DNA of 61,468 bases, filler included, from Circinaria calcarea (Eukaryota): assembly GCA_051942165.1 (NCBI GenBank). It is 8 parts of 8 records of this genome, joined end to end, with 100 filler letters (N's around TTAATTAATTAA, not from the genome) between each part and the next. Parts side by side here need not be neighbours in the genome. Positions count along the whole stretch, not along the records: positions 53,889 to 61,468 come from JAVECS010001289.1; 7 more parts are not named here. One strand, written 5' to 3'. A program made the translations under genes and the position numbers. Of this stretch, positions 59,901-61,468 are shown one piece after another. How positions within the stretch are numbered: position 1 is the stretch's first letter; every line of letters begins with the position of its first letter. The notes below the pieces were generated by a model, which was given only the letters and a program-made list of their open reading frames with translations, was not told the origin of the DNA and ran no database searches.

Positions 59901-61468
59901 GAACAATCGAGGTATGACGGTCATCCAAACTCGCAACGTGGCTCCCGAACCGCTTCACCAGCACGCCACGATGACAGTCGGATGAGCCATCGTGATAGCC
60001 ATCGTGATCGAAATGATCGTGATGATCGTCCAAGCTTAGACAATCGACGACCGCCTGAAGAGAATTCGCGTTCTCGCAGTTCGCGACATGAAGACTCTCG
60101 GCCCCCCACTGGTCCTCGAACAGATAGACCAGGAGAAGCAGCCCCACTCAGTTCAGGTGACAGGTTTCGTGATTCTTTGAGAAGCGGACCTCCCAGTAGC
60201 ATGCCACCAGCGGACCTGAACCACGGCCGGCTGAATCAAGATTATAACGGTTCGCATCGACAGGCGGAATCACAGTATGGCCGTTTGACATCTGGCCCTG
60301 AGATTCCTTCAGGTCCACGACTACCCAACGGGACACCTGCCACATCAAATCGTGGCGGTGGACGTAATGTTAGCGGTCCGCAACCTCACATCAACACGCA
60401 GCAGCCACCTTTGCCGCAGAATCCGATGTCATCCCCAACCGTACCAGGAAGGGGAGCACCAACAGGACCTTCATTGGGCAGAGCACCTTTACGTGATCCT
60501 GCTCAGTTCAATCGACTTCCATCAGCCCCATCTTCCACACCAGCAACCCCGGTAACTGAGACGCCAGATGTCGCAGGCATACATCCAGATCGCCTTAAGG
60601 CCATCCAGGGTCCGGAGGTACCTGTTGCTTCTATCCCGAACACCTCTGCACCCAATTCTGTTCATGGAGCAAACCCGATACCACCGTCTCCGATCTCCGC
60701 CCCTCCACCCGCTGCACCGCGTGGCCCGAATAATGCTCAGCCGCCAAGTCCTCTTGGTCCGCCACGGCAGGGTCCTCCAACCGGACCGTCTTTCGCGAAT
60801 GATAGAAACCGTAGCGACAAACGGTTCGCCGGTATCCAAAACGTACTTCAACAAGCTGGTGCACCAAATGGCCTTGATCGTTCAAACCAAGGTGCTAGTA
60901 TTCGAGGTAGGGGAGGACGTCCGCACAACTCCATGAACCACTCATCATCCTCTCCGGTCACCTCGGGCCCGCCCACCCCACACATGACACGACATGATGC
61001 CTTTCCTAACAGAGCGGATCTGTTTGCTGGGAGATCTAGTGGGCCAGGCACACCGCAACACGGTGAAGAGGACATGAATCGGGGCAGAGATATGAGGAGA
61101 GATCGAGCACGAGATGACGGCGAGAGGCGATCGGGGCAGATTAGGGAGAGCAGTAGCTCAGGTCGGGATCGACTACCTAGCGGTAACGGGGCGCCTCCTG
61201 CGCAGGGACCGCCAACGATCCGAGACGACGGCAGATCCCTTAGGAGAGCAGATGAGCATGGACTGGACGTGGAGCGTGGCGCTATATTGGCTGATGCCGA
61301 CCGACTGGGTAGAGGCAGTGGAAGTGGCAGAGATGGCGGTAAGGATCGGGAGCGAAGAGCAGAGTCGGATCGGAGGGACTTGGCAGAATGGGGTGGAGAG
61401 AGACGCGGCCCAGGTCCGGACAGGAGAGACGAGCGAGATCGGGAGAGGAGAGACGGGGGCAGGAAGAG
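53932..61468 (+). CDS. THO2: THO complex subunit 2 (Tho2/Rlr1), running off the window end
   Basis: Motifs LYRQANYNLLREETEGYSKL, IGTFDLDVGRVLD, KDVLKRISK, FYVTFWQLSLGD and EYMHIRNAIIIL. Introns near 58708 and 58888 lead into a long R/D/P/G-rich C-terminal exon in which I saw no stop before 61468. Confidence 0.95.

Noticed and set aside
54472..61075. Numerous antisense and alternate-frame ORFs within THO2 (and likewise within NSR1, THI6 and the NLR)
   Set aside because: They are shadow ORFs of long coding exons with no independent protein signatures.

Overview
Eukaryotic DNA from a filamentous ascomycete (Pezizomycotina), judged from short GT-AG introns with CTRAC/CTAAC branch sites and recognisable fungal genes. 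The window is not one locus. It is eight unrelated contigs (7620, 7609, 7607, 7600, 7586, 7585, 7581 and 7580 bp, in descending length) joined by artificial N44-TTAATTAATTAA-N44 spacers, so gene neighbourhood only has meaning within a contig. Housekeeping genes are WDR48/UAF1, ALG6, NSR1/nucleolin, mitochondrial mL54, an isochorismatase-family gene, THI6 and THO2. Accessory contigs carry an intact SesA/HeLo-like-NB-ARC-TPR NLR, a SAM methyltransferase, CorA-like membrane-domain genes, a decaying PAL + alpha/beta-hydrolase + adenylation-enzyme cluster, and several pseudogenes with transition-type (RIP-like) stops. The most striking feature is on contig 3: an apparently intact RelA/SpoT small-alarmone-synthetase domain fused, via a 48-nt intron, to ankyrin-like repeats. 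It sits between a dead NACHT-WD40 (HET-E-like) gene and a dead CorA-like gene, and is a candidate nucleotide-messenger or toxSAS-type immunity module in a fungus. Two conserved hypothetical proteins also show readable structure: one resembles a BNIP3/NIX-type tail-anchored autophagy receptor, the other a Ddi1-like retropepsin fold with Asp replaced by Cys. All family calls come from motif recognition by eye; no database search was run.
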